Of a stretch of 32,000 nt of DNA, positions 8,156 to 16,327 are shown piece after piece. Every line of letters starts with the position of its first letter. The first letter of the stretch is position 1. The notes beneath the pieces are model-generated. The model was not told where the DNA came from, did not search any database, and saw only the letters and a list, made by a program, of their open reading frames with translations. This DNA is from Desulfoscipio gibsoniae DSM 7213 (lineage in GTDB: Bacteria > Bacillota > Desulfotomaculia > Desulfotomaculales > Desulfallaceae), in NCBI RefSeq assembly GCF_000233715.2, contig NC_021184.1:4015486-4047485 (forward strand), given 5' to 3'. The position numbers were made by a program, and so were the translations under genes.

Positions 8156-9250
8156 TTATTGCATTTTTTTCCTTTGTATACCGCCGCCCCGGTATACATT
8201 AACCACTTCGGCCATTATGCACAAAGCAATTTCCTCAGGTGTTTGCGCCCCTATTTCCAGTCCAATGGGTGAATATACAGCAGCCAGTTTTTCCGGAGGG
8301 ATGCCTTCTTCCGCAAGCTGTTGCATAATTGCTTTGACTTTTCTACTGCTCCCAATCATACCAACATATGCCCCGGGACGTTTTATAACCTCCCGCAAGC
8401 AGTCCCGGTCATATGCATGCCCTCTGGTAACTATTACCGTATAGGTGCCGGGGCCAATATCCATATCCGCCAGAGCCTGTTCAAAACCTGCGCAGACAAC
8501 CATGTACGCCTCGGGGAAACGGTTGTCATTGGCAAATTCCGGCCTGTCGTCAACAACAATTACTTTAAAGCCAAGAAGTGAAGCAATTTTTACCAGGGGC
8601 AGAGCAATATGCCCTCCACCGAGGATAAGTATTTCCGGATTAAGCACACCCGGATCGATAAAAAGCTGCATCTTGATATCTTGGTCCGGTGGGGAAACTA
8701 TCAACCGAGGGTTATTGTTTTTACCAGCGCCATATACGGAAGACACAGTAAAGCTGTTGATATGCCCGGACCCCAAATCACCAAGAACACTGCCATCGGG
8801 CCATACAACCATCATCCGACCCAATCGCGCATTATCTTCCCCGTTTATACCTGTTAAAGTAACCAGTGCAGGGTTTTCATCATTGAGGGTGGAATCGACA
8901 TACCGTGTTAGAACTTCCCGGGCATATTCATCATCCTTACTGACATAATTAATAAATATGTCCATATTGCCCCCGCAAATCATACCTTCATTGGCAGCAA
9001 CATTACCAGTAAGCTTAATTGTGTATTCAAATGAACTTTTCATTGCCAGTGCCTTAAGACACTCCCGCCTGACAATTTCCTCGCCGACCCCGCCGCCTAT
9101 GGTCCCGTAAATATTATAATCCGCTGTGACAATCATTTTAGTTCCGGCTTTCCGGGGAGTGGAACCCGTGGCACCGGTAATAACGGCCAAAACCCCGTCC
9201 TGCCCGCTGTCAAGTGCAAATATTAATTTTTTAATCATTTCAATACTCAT
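8156..9250 (-). CDS. xdhC: XdhC/CoxI-family molybdenum-cofactor insertion chaperone
   Basis: 364 aa. The N-terminal AVITGATGSTPRKAGTKMIV..GTIGGGVGEE pattern and the C-terminal Rossmann-like ILILGGGHIALPLVKIASLLGFKVIVVDDRPEF are both typical of XdhC. Confidence 0.85.
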   Translation of the reverse strand: MSIEMIKKLIFALDSGQDGVLAVITGATGSTPRKAGTKMIVTADYNIYGTIGGGVGEEIVRRECLKALAMKSSFEYTIKLTGNVAANEGMICGGNMDIFINYVSKDDEYAREVLTRYVDSTLNDENPALVTLTGINGEDNARLGRMMVVWPDGSVLGDLGSGHINSFTVSSVYGAGKNNNPRLIVSPPDQDIKMQLFIDPGVLNPEILILGGGHIALPLVKIASLLGFKVIVVDDRPEFANDNRFPEAYMVVCAGFEQALADMDIGPGTYTVIVTRGHAYDRDCLREVIKRPGAYVGMIGSSRKVKAIMQQLAEEGIPPEKLAAVYSPIGLEIGAQTPEEIALCIMAEVVNVYRGGGIQRKKMQ

Positions 9251-9251
9251 C

Positions 9252-10079
9252 TCAATTTACCCCCCATCTGTCCCGGCCAAGATAGAGCAATGCCTCAAGT
9301 ACTCCACCGGCTATGGCCCGGGATTTATCGGAAATGGTAAAACAGTTTTCCCTGGTTGCCCTGGGATCTATATCCCCTACCTTCATGCCTTCATGTACCT
9401 TGAGACCACTTTTCAAAAGACCCCTTAGTACTCCGTCGATAGTGGCTACCAGGGGAACATCATCAATTTTAGCCACCAACTCCCCTTTCACCACTTGGTC
9501 ACCTATTTCCTTTTCCCCATGAAATATTCCTTCGGCCGGCGCACGTAAAACACGTTCCTTACCGTAACCGCCTATAATGCCCGGTATCCCTGTGTTCGGC
9601 TCGGCGGTCCCCTTTAATATTACCCGGCCCAAATTATGTCCCCGCATGGTTTCCACCACTGCATGTACATCAACCCCCGCGGTAAATCCAGGTCCCAGGC
9701 CTATCACCACCGGCGCTTCACCAATACCGGTGCCCAGATTTTTTTTGGCCAGCACAGCATCTATCACCGCGGCGGGCTTTAATTTATCCACCAGGCTCCA
9801 GGCAGGGTCCACCGCCACCGCAATGTTACCTGCATTTACAATGGCCTGAACTTCATCTACTCCATGGGCCAGTTCAGCCGTAACACCTTCTACGCTGCAT
9901 TTTCCTTTGAATATAGCTTCAGCGTAAGATACCGTGCGTCTAATCACCGTGGGCTGTGCTATTTCCAGCATAACCAGCGTGAATCCACATCTGGCCAGCC
10001 TGTGGGCGGTACCACTGGCCAAATCCCCTCCGCCTTTGATAACCACCAGATTATTCAATAAAACCAACCCCCTGTTCAA
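9252..10079 (-). CDS. yqeB: YqeB/EF2563-family protein (selenium-dependent molybdenum hydroxylase system accessory protein)
   Basis: 275 aa. From memory, VVIKGGGDLASGTAHRLARCGFTLVMLEIAQPTVIRRTVSYAEAIF, ETMRGHNLGRVI..NTGIPG and ISDKSRAIAGGVLEA resemble the YqeB C-terminal family. It needs HMM confirmation. It overlaps the MocA gene end by 29 nt. Confidence 0.65.
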   Translation of the reverse strand: MNRGLVLLNNLVVIKGGGDLASGTAHRLARCGFTLVMLEIAQPTVIRRTVSYAEAIFKGKCSVEGVTAELAHGVDEVQAIVNAGNIAVAVDPAWSLVDKLKPAAVIDAVLAKKNLGTGIGEAPVVIGLGPGFTAGVDVHAVVETMRGHNLGRVILKGTAEPNTGIPGIIGGYGKERVLRAPAEGIFHGEKEIGDQVVKGELVAKIDDVPLVATIDGVLRGLLKSGLKVHEGMKVGDIDPRATRENCFTISDKSRAIAGGVLEALLYLGRDRWGVN

Positions 10080-10689
10080 ACTTGATCAGCTTGCTATAAT
10101 CCTCCCATGTATCAATATCAAAAACAACCCCTGCATCATCAACATCCACCCTGGCCAACTGATTTTTATTGAATTCAATAATTTTACGGGCCCCGGTATC
10201 GCCTGTAAGAGCAAATATCTCCGGAAAATATTTTTTATTGAACAACACAGGATTTCCCCTTTTGCCCCGGTAAAATGGAGCCACAATACCCTTTCCACCA
10301 AGCCTGTATTCTTCAATAATCCGGTTCACTGTCCGGGGCTTTAAAAGCGGCTGGTCACCCAGCACAAAAAGTGCCGCCCCGGCTGAATCCCCCAAAGCAT
10401 TAAGTCCGGCCCGCAGGGATGTACTCTGCCCACTGGCATAATCCGGGTTATGTACAAAATTAACATCATATTCTTTTAGTGTTTCTCTAACCTCTTCCGC
10501 CCTGTGCCCCAAAACCACAAACACTTTTTCCACACCGGTCCGGCATATTGTATCGACAACGTGAGCAACAAGGGGCCGCCCCTGGTAAGACAGCAATTGT
10601 TTAGGCGTTCCCAGGCGGGATGAGATGCCTGCGGCCAGTATCACTGCATAAATCAAATACCAATACCTCCCTGACCGGAACAGTTTCAT
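10051..10689 (-). CDS. mocA: Molybdenum cofactor cytidylyltransferase (MobA-like NTP transferase, MocA type)
   Basis: AVILAAGISSRLGTPKQLL motif. Its position in an XDH-family maturation cluster favours MocA. A more likely start is the TTG at 10656, preceded by GGGAGG with 9-nt spacing, which would give a protein starting (M)IYAVILAAG. Confidence 0.8.
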   Translation of the reverse strand: MKLFRSGRYWYLIYAVILAAGISSRLGTPKQLLSYQGRPLVAHVVDTICRTGVEKVFVVLGHRAEEVRETLKEYDVNFVHNPDYASGQSTSLRAGLNALGDSAGAALFVLGDQPLLKPRTVNRIIEEYRLGGKGIVAPFYRGKRGNPVLFNKKYFPEIFALTGDTGARKIIEFNKNQLARVDVDDAGVVFDIDTWEDYSKLIKFEQGVGFIE

Positions 10690-11425
10690 TGAGGGCGCTA
10701 ATTACTACACGCCCGGCACCCCCCTTGCACAGTGAAAACGCCACTTCCCGAGCGTTTTTCAATTCCTCCGGGGAATGCACCTTATTAATAAGAGGGACCC
10801 AGCGGCTATTTCGGGGGACGTCTTTACGATAGCCCAGGGGGTGCAGCAGTATACCTGCAACCATAGAAGGAGTAACCGGCTCTCCCTCCTCAACACCCAA
10901 CAGCCGGGAAACAACCTCAGGGCGGTGAATATACTCCTTAACGAGCGGTTTATACAGGCAATCAACCCCCACCACAGGAATTACCAGGGTAGACAGCCCT
11001 GGAATCACAGGTTCGCCTTGCCGGGGTGCTTTAAATGGTTTACGGGCCGCCCCGTCCGCCTCGACTAGCACTAAATCAGCCCCGGCCTGTAGTATTTGGC
11101 CAATTAAATCAGGGTCTATGCCAATAACTTTATTTTCTTGAGTAAAACCAGCACCAGCCACTACCATGGAACAGGTTTTGATTTTTTTCTCAATTCCCCG
11201 AAGAAGTTCCAACTCGTCCGGTTTCAACACAACATTAACTCCTGAAGCCGGAGCTGGCACATAAATACGGGTAGTGGTGGTTAAAACCACTTTATAACCT
11301 ATATTTAGCGCCTCATTCCCAATAGCAAACATAGCGGAGGTTTTTCCCCCGCCGCCCACCAGGGCTATGACATCACCTTTTTTTATTTGAAAAGCATCGA
11401 TTAATTTCATATCCGCAACCATCAA
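10601..11425 (-). CDS. yqeC: YqeC-family putative selenium-dependent hydroxylase accessory protein (P-loop-like)
   Basis: 274 aa with ALVGGGGKTSAMFAIGNE..VVLTTTTRI, the GGGGKT(S) signature I associate with the YqeC family. The 3' end overlaps mocA out of frame. Confidence 0.65.
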   Translation of the reverse strand: MMVADMKLIDAFQIKKGDVIALVGGGGKTSAMFAIGNEALNIGYKVVLTTTTRIYVPAPASGVNVVLKPDELELLRGIEKKIKTCSMVVAGAGFTQENKVIGIDPDLIGQILQAGADLVLVEADGAARKPFKAPRQGEPVIPGLSTLVIPVVGVDCLYKPLVKEYIHRPEVVSRLLGVEEGEPVTPSMVAGILLHPLGYRKDVPRNSRWVPLINKVHSPEELKNAREVAFSLCKGGAGRVVISALNETVPVREVLVFDLCSDTGRRHLIPPGNA

Positions 11426-12198
11426 TTCCTCAGTGATTCTTGTATATTACCAACGGCTTTCTTTAGGGACGTTATTGCCTTCTTCATTTTATCAGCGTTA
11501 AAAGTTTGCGTAAAGCCTACCATCCATAAAGCTGCCAAATTCCGGCCAGGCATATCGGGAATGGGAACACATACACCATTAACCCCCTGTATATATTCCT
11601 CAAAATCAGTTGCATAGCCCAATTTACGTGCTTTATCAATTTCTTTCAGTAATTGATAAGGATCAGTGATAGAGTTGGAAGTATATTGAGGAATTGACCT
11701 TGCTGCCAGTATGTTTTTTAATACAGGATCTTCAAGACCCGCAAGGAACACTTTTCCCGTAGCCCCGGAAAACAGGGGTATATTTGTACCAACCGGGGCA
11801 GTAATTTTCAAATCGGCTGGACTGTCTACCTTTTCAATAATAGTTATCCTTTGTTCGTCAAAGGTCCCTAAAAAGATGGTTTCTTTAAATTCTTCACAAA
11901 GTTCTTCCATAAATGGTCGAACTGTCATCCTTAAATCCACACCTGCCAGGGCCTTGTTTCCCAAATGAATAAGGGTGGGCCCCAGTCTGAATTTTTTGGT
12001 ATAATTATCCTGTCTGATTACTTCCAAGTCTATTAAAGCTTGAATAACACCATGCACTGTGCTTTTTGATATATTTAACTTGCGCGCAATGTCACTGATT
12101 CCCAGCTGGGACTGGGCGTTGGAAATTTCTTCGATTATGGCAAATGCCTTGTATAATATTGGCGCACTGTAGCCGCTGCTTGATTTTTTTTCGCTCAT
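11422..12198 (-). CDS. IclR-family transcriptional regulator
   Basis: 258 aa. N-terminal HTH (ILYKAFAIIEEISNAQSQLGISDIARKLNISKSTVHGVIQAL) plus a C-terminal IclR effector-domain-like region. ATGA overlap with the yqeC-like gene. Confidence 0.9.
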   Translation of the reverse strand: MSEKKSSSGYSAPILYKAFAIIEEISNAQSQLGISDIARKLNISKSTVHGVIQALIDLEVIRQDNYTKKFRLGPTLIHLGNKALAGVDLRMTVRPFMEELCEEFKETIFLGTFDEQRITIIEKVDSPADLKITAPVGTNIPLFSGATGKVFLAGLEDPVLKNILAARSIPQYTSNSITDPYQLLKEIDKARKLGYATDFEEYIQGVNGVCVPIPDMPGRNLAALWMVGFTQTFNADKMKKAITSLKKAVGNIQESLRN

Positions 12199-12243
12199 GT
12201 TCTCATTCCTTCGGAAATGTTAATGCCTTGGTTATGATAAATC

Positions 12244-12262
12244 GGGGGCGCAAAACGCCCCC
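12244..12262 (-). terminator. GC-rich hairpin between the set-2 Mo-subunit gene and the IclR gene (weak terminator or attenuator)
   Basis: GGGGGCG-CAAAA-CGCCCCC gives a 7-bp G/C stem. On the minus strand it is followed only by GATTTAT, a poor U-tract. Confidence 0.4.
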
Positions 12263-12278
12263 TTCCTTTATCTTCTAC

Positions 12279-14597
12279 TTATACCCCCACTGAAACCTTT
12301 TCCTTTTCCCTTTTTTCTTTCAGAGCACGCCATACTTTTTCATAGGTAAGGGGCAAGCTATTTACCCGGATACCCATGGCATCATAGATAGCATTGGCAT
12401 AGCAACCCATAGTGGGAATGGTGGCTCCTTCACCTACCTCTTTAACTCCCCAGGGACCCGCGGGTTCATAGCTTTCCACCAGCGCAGAGGTCACCTTGGG
12501 CATATCCATGGCTGTGGGCATCCGGTACTCACCCAGGTTGGGATTTAGTATTTTCCCTTGATCATCAAAGAGAACCTGCTCCCAAATGGACTCGCCCATA
12601 CCCATGAAAAGTGCCCCGTGCACCTGACCGTGCAGCAGGGATGGGTTAATTACCATGCCGCAGTCATGAACATCCCACACCTCTTGCACATCAATTTCAC
12701 CAGTTTCTTCATCAATTTGAACTTCACTTATCTGGGCTGCAAAACTGTAGGCCGGGGAAGTGCCCACCGGCGCCCCCTTAAATTTTCCTCCAAGTTTAGG
12801 TGGAGCATAAACTCCTTTACCCACCAGCGGTCCTTTACGGACAAAGAACTCCCTGGCTACCTCGCCAAAAGGCTTTGTTATTTCAGAATCTGATTTCACG
12901 AATATGGCGCTATCCCGGCAATCCAAATCGCTAACCTCAACTTCCATCATTTCCGCGGCCAGTTCCAACACCTGCTTTTTAACCTCTTCACCGGCTTGTT
13001 TTACGGCAGATCCCGACATGAGCGTCTGCCTGCTGGCATAGGCGCCGAAATCATGGGGGGTAGTTTCCGTATCAGCGGCGACAATCTTCATATTTTCATA
13101 TCTAAAGCCCATAGCTTCTGCAGCCATCTGGCATAGTACGGTATCGGAACCCTGCCCGATATCCGTGGCCCCGGTGTATAAAGTGGCTGCGGAGCCGTCC
13201 TCATGCACCTTTATTATCGCTGAGGCATGGGGAAGATTGGTGCGGTATATGGGGTAACCTGCACCGCTGACAAAGCTTCCCACGGCGATACCAATACCCC
13301 TGCCTTTGCCAAGTTTACCTTTTTTCTGTTGCCAACCCGAAATTTCCTTGGCTTTACTAATACACTCAGCAAGTTCACAGGAATTGACCTTAAATTCATT
13401 GGGTGTGATGGTATTGGGCTGGCGGGCGTTTACCTTACGAAGCTCAATGGGATCTATCCCCAAGTCCGTTGCCACATTATCCAGATGGCATTCAAAGGCA
13501 TACCTGGGCTGTGGGGCCCCGTGACCCCGCTGGGCACCACAGGCGGGTAAATTAGTATACGTCCTGATCATATCAAACTTGTAGTTAACAAAATCATAGG
13601 TAAGAGTCAGCATCGCCCCGGCATAATAGGCTGTGGCAATACCAAGGCTGGTATAGGCCCCGCCGTCCATAATAAAGTTAGCGTGCACCCCGAGTATTTT
13701 ACCGTTCTTATCCACACCGGTGGTAATTTCCATTATTTGCTTATGCCGGCCCCGGTTATGAGCAAACATTTCGTGGCGGTCGTAAAACATTTTAACCGGG
13801 CGCCCGGTGATTTTGGACAATACCGCTCCGCAGAACTCCAATCCGGTGGGTTCCAGCTTTCCTCCAAACCCACCGCCTACATATGTCTTAATAACCCGTA
13901 CATCCCCCATTTTCAAACCAAATTCACGGGCAATGTAATACTGAAAATAGTGGGGCGACTGGGTACTGGAATAAACGGTAAGCTTCCCACCCTCCCAAAT
14001 GGATATGGCCGAGTGAGGCTCAATAGGACACTGGTAGGTGCGGTTGCCCACGAAGCGGTCTGTGCGCACATGGTGTGCCTCGGCGAAGGCTTTTTCCACA
14101 TCTCCGAAATTCTGGTGGATTTCCGTATTGATGTTCCTGGGATACTCATCGTGTATCTGAGGAGCCCCTTCCTTAATGGCCTCTTCGGGATCAAAAACCG
14201 CAGGAAGAACTTCGTATTCAACTTTAATCAGTTTGAGGGCTTTATAAACGGTTTCCTCATCCACGGCAGCTATGGCGGCTACTTTATCCCCTACAAAGCG
14301 TACCTTGTCAATACAAAATATATTTTCATCCCAGCGGGCCGGGCTGATACCGTATTTCAAGCTGGGCACATCTTTATGGGTAATAACGGCCTTGACACCG
14401 GGCAGTTTTTCGGCCTCCGAAGTATCAATGCTGATTATCCTGGCATGGGCATGGGGGCTGGTAAGAATTTTGCCCACCAGCATGTTGGGAAATTTAAGGT
14501 CGCCGGTGTATTTAGCCTGGCCGGTAACTTTCACCCGGCCATCCATTTTGGGTACACTTTTGCCGATAACGGAATATTTATCACTCACAACGCTCAC
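12279..14597 (-). CDS. Molybdopterin-binding large subunit of a xanthine dehydrogenase-family enzyme, set 2 (paralogue of 2406-4721)
   Basis: 772 aa. Same motif set as set 1 (IGKSVPKMDGRVKVTGQAKYTGD, GGGFGGK, GVKEVGEGA) and collinear with the set-1 protein. Confidence 0.9.
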   Translation of the reverse strand: MSVVSDKYSVIGKSVPKMDGRVKVTGQAKYTGDLKFPNMLVGKILTSPHAHARIISIDTSEAEKLPGVKAVITHKDVPSLKYGISPARWDENIFCIDKVRFVGDKVAAIAAVDEETVYKALKLIKVEYEVLPAVFDPEEAIKEGAPQIHDEYPRNINTEIHQNFGDVEKAFAEAHHVRTDRFVGNRTYQCPIEPHSAISIWEGGKLTVYSSTQSPHYFQYYIAREFGLKMGDVRVIKTYVGGGFGGKLEPTGLEFCGAVLSKITGRPVKMFYDRHEMFAHNRGRHKQIMEITTGVDKNGKILGVHANFIMDGGAYTSLGIATAYYAGAMLTLTYDFVNYKFDMIRTYTNLPACGAQRGHGAPQPRYAFECHLDNVATDLGIDPIELRKVNARQPNTITPNEFKVNSCELAECISKAKEISGWQQKKGKLGKGRGIGIAVGSFVSGAGYPIYRTNLPHASAIIKVHEDGSAATLYTGATDIGQGSDTVLCQMAAEAMGFRYENMKIVAADTETTPHDFGAYASRQTLMSGSAVKQAGEEVKKQVLELAAEMMEVEVSDLDCRDSAIFVKSDSEITKPFGEVAREFFVRKGPLVGKGVYAPPKLGGKFKGAPVGTSPAYSFAAQISEVQIDEETGEIDVQEVWDVHDCGMVINPSLLHGQVHGALFMGMGESIWEQVLFDDQGKILNPNLGEYRMPTAMDMPKVTSALVESYEPAGPWGVKEVGEGATIPTMGCYANAIYDAMGIRVNSLPLTYEKVWRALKEKREKEKVSVGV

Positions 14598-14606
14598 CCC
14601 TTCTTT

Positions 14607-15098
14607 TTATTCACCGGCGGCAGCCAGAATAGCTTTGACAATATTCACATATCCCGTACAGCGACAGAGGTTGCCGGCTATGGCCTCCCGGATTTCCTCT
14701 TCTGTGGGATGGGGGTTTTTAGTAAGCAGTGCCTTGGCTGACATAATCATTCCCGGTGTGCAGTAACCGCACTGCACAGCTGCATTTTCGATAAAGGATT
14801 CCTGTATTTTGTCCAGTTTTTCACTTTGGGCCAAACCCTCAACAGTGGTAATTTCGCGGCCATCCGCTTCCACCGCGAGGACAATACAGGAATTAACGGG
14901 CTTGCCGTCCATGAGAACGGTACAAGAGCCGCAGTCCCCCAGCTCACAACCTTTTTTAGTTCCCGTTAAATCGAGCTCTTCTCTTAAAAAATTAACTAAT
15001 AGGGTGTTCGCCTTGACAACCCGGGTATAATTATCCCCGTTAACCTGAATGGTAACCAAATATCTTTTTACTCCGTTATTATCAATTATTGCCTGCAT
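14607..15098 (-). CDS. [2Fe-2S]-binding small subunit, set 2
   Basis: 163 aa with CELGDCGSCTV, CGYCTPG and CRCTGY motifs. Confidence 0.92.
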   Translation of the reverse strand: MQAIIDNNGVKRYLVTIQVNGDNYTRVVKANTLLVNFLREELDLTGTKKGCELGDCGSCTVLMDGKPVNSCIVLAVEADGREITTVEGLAQSEKLDKIQESFIENAAVQCGYCTPGMIMSAKALLTKNPHPTEEEIREAIAGNLCRCTGYVNIVKAILAAAGE

Positions 15099-15110
15099 AA
15101 TCCACCCCTC

Positions 15111-15980
15111 CTACACATGACCTTCATCTATGGCTTTACGGAGGGCACGTTTGGTAAATACTCTGACCATATCCCTCCGGTACTCTTCAGAGCCGCGGAT
15201 ATCCGAAATAGGCTTACATTCTGTGGATGCGCACACACCCACTTCTTCCAACAATTCCTCATTGACTGTTTTCCCTATGATCATAGCCTCAGCTTTTGGG
15301 GCTCTCATGGGAACCGGGCCCACGGCGCCGAGAGCAATCCTGGCATCCTTGCATACATTGCCCTCCATGGTAACCGCCACCGCTACTCCCACCACCGCCA
15401 GGGCACCCGAACGGCGCAGGCCGAATTTTATATAGGTGCTGCCTGTTAAGGGCTGGTCGGGAATTACTATTTCCGCAACTATCTCATCCTGAGCTATCCG
15501 GGTTTTACCGGGACCCACAAAGAAATCTTCCAGTGCCATTACCCTTTCACCCTGTCTCCCCACCAGGGTGATTGAAGCACCAAGTGCCATCAATATGGGC
15601 GGTAGGTCAGCAGACGGCACGGCGTTTACTATATTACCGCCTATGGTACCTACGTTTCTTATCTGATTATTCGCCATATGATGGGCAGCCTCACACAAAG
15701 AAAGATATTTTTCCTGGAGCAACAATGAATTGCAGATGTCATTGTGTGTGGCCCTGGCTCCTATTACCACGCCTTTGTCCGGTACGTATGCTATACTAGT
15801 TAGCTGGTCAAGTTGCTTGAGCGAAATAAGGACTTCAGGAGCTACCAGGCCATGCTTCATTTTATTCAAGAGGTCGGTACCCCCTGAAAGAATTTTGGCC
15901 GTTGGACCTTTTTCCGCCAGCAAGGCACAGGCCTCCTGCACGCTGGCGGGCATGTAATACTCGAAATCCGGTAAAAACAT
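15111..15980 (-). CDS. FAD-binding medium subunit, set 2
   Basis: 289 aa with GGTDLLNKMK and TIGGNIVNAVPSAD motifs. A GGAGG RBS lies upstream of the ATG. Confidence 0.9.
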   Translation of the reverse strand: MFLPDFEYYMPASVQEACALLAEKGPTAKILSGGTDLLNKMKHGLVAPEVLISLKQLDQLTSIAYVPDKGVVIGARATHNDICNSLLLQEKYLSLCEAAHHMANNQIRNVGTIGGNIVNAVPSADLPPILMALGASITLVGRQGERVMALEDFFVGPGKTRIAQDEIVAEIVIPDQPLTGSTYIKFGLRRSGALAVVGVAVAVTMEGNVCKDARIALGAVGPVPMRAPKAEAMIIGKTVNEELLEEVGVCASTECKPISDIRGSEEYRRDMVRVFTKRALRKAIDEGHV

Positions 15981-16051
15981 ACTCTACCTCCTCAAATAAA
16001 AAAATTGTCACCCATTGTAAACGCCGTTCTGTATTGTGTACTTGCACCTAT

Positions 16052-16080
16052 ATTATGAATTATCTGAAAGTTGCTGTCAA
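16052..16080 (-). promoter_or_regulatory. Sigma-A promoter for the set-2 molybdoenzyme operon
   Basis: Minus strand reads TTGACA (16080-16075), a 17-nt spacer, then CATAAT (16057-16052). It lies about 70 nt upstream of the ATG at 15980. Confidence 0.6.
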
Positions 16081-16243
16081 TATGTAAAACAGCTAAATCG
16101 CAAGAGAATTTGGGGAAGCAAGGGGACGGCTCTCATGCTTCCGTAGCTTAGAAAATTAATGGACGATCCTCTTGCTCCTCAGCTTACCTATGTTTGACCA
16201 AATTATTTTCATATTTTTAGTCTACATTGTCGGTTAAATGTAA

Positions 16244-16271
16244 TTGAATTTTTTTTTAAAAAATATACAAT
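16244..16271 (+). promoter_or_regulatory. Candidate sigma-A promoter of the RavA/ViaA-like cassette
   Basis: TTGAAT (16244-16249), a 16-nt T/A-rich spacer, then TACAAT (16266-16271). The -10 element overlaps the first 18-bp repeat. Confidence 0.45.
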
Positions 16272-16320
16272 AGTTAACTAAACAACAATAGTTAACCAAA
16301 CAACAATAGTTTAAAGATTA
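16267..16320 (+). repeat. Three tandem 18-bp direct repeats (iteron or operator-like)
   Basis: ACAATAGTTAACTAAACA (16267-16284) and ACAATAGTTAACCAAACA (16285-16302) match at 17/18. A partial third unit ACAATAGTTT.. starts at 16303. Unit 1 contains the perfect 10-bp palindrome TAGTTAACTA (16271-16280). Confidence 0.7.
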
Positions 16321-16327
16321 ATAACCG

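Noticed and set aside
13683-14741. A 352-aa plus-strand ORF, the longest plus-strand ORF outside the cassette
   Set aside because: It lies entirely antisense to the 772-aa Mo-subunit gene and the 2Fe-2S gene, both of which have unmistakable family motifs. Its translation is low-complexity with no recognisable motif or RBS, so it is a shadow ORF. The same applies to 7540-8106, 8445-8948, 14272-14766, 3504-3941, 940-1272, 9934-10344 and the other antisense or alternative-frame ORFs in the track.
2406-15980. In-frame TGA (selenocysteine) codons in the molybdoenzyme or accessory genes, given the selenium-related accessory genes
   Set aside because: All ORFs are continuous and of family-typical length. 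No adjacent split ORFs would indicate a read-through UGA. The selenium link, if real, would be the labile cofactor type and not selenocysteine.
16100-16175. Possible structured RNA (GGAAGCA..TGCTTCC hairpin and a GCAAGAG/CTCTTGC long-range pair) left of the cassette promoter
   Set aside because: The stems are short (7 bp) with large loops. I recognise no tRNA or riboswitch signature, and I cannot assess conservation, so the evidence is too weak to call a feature.
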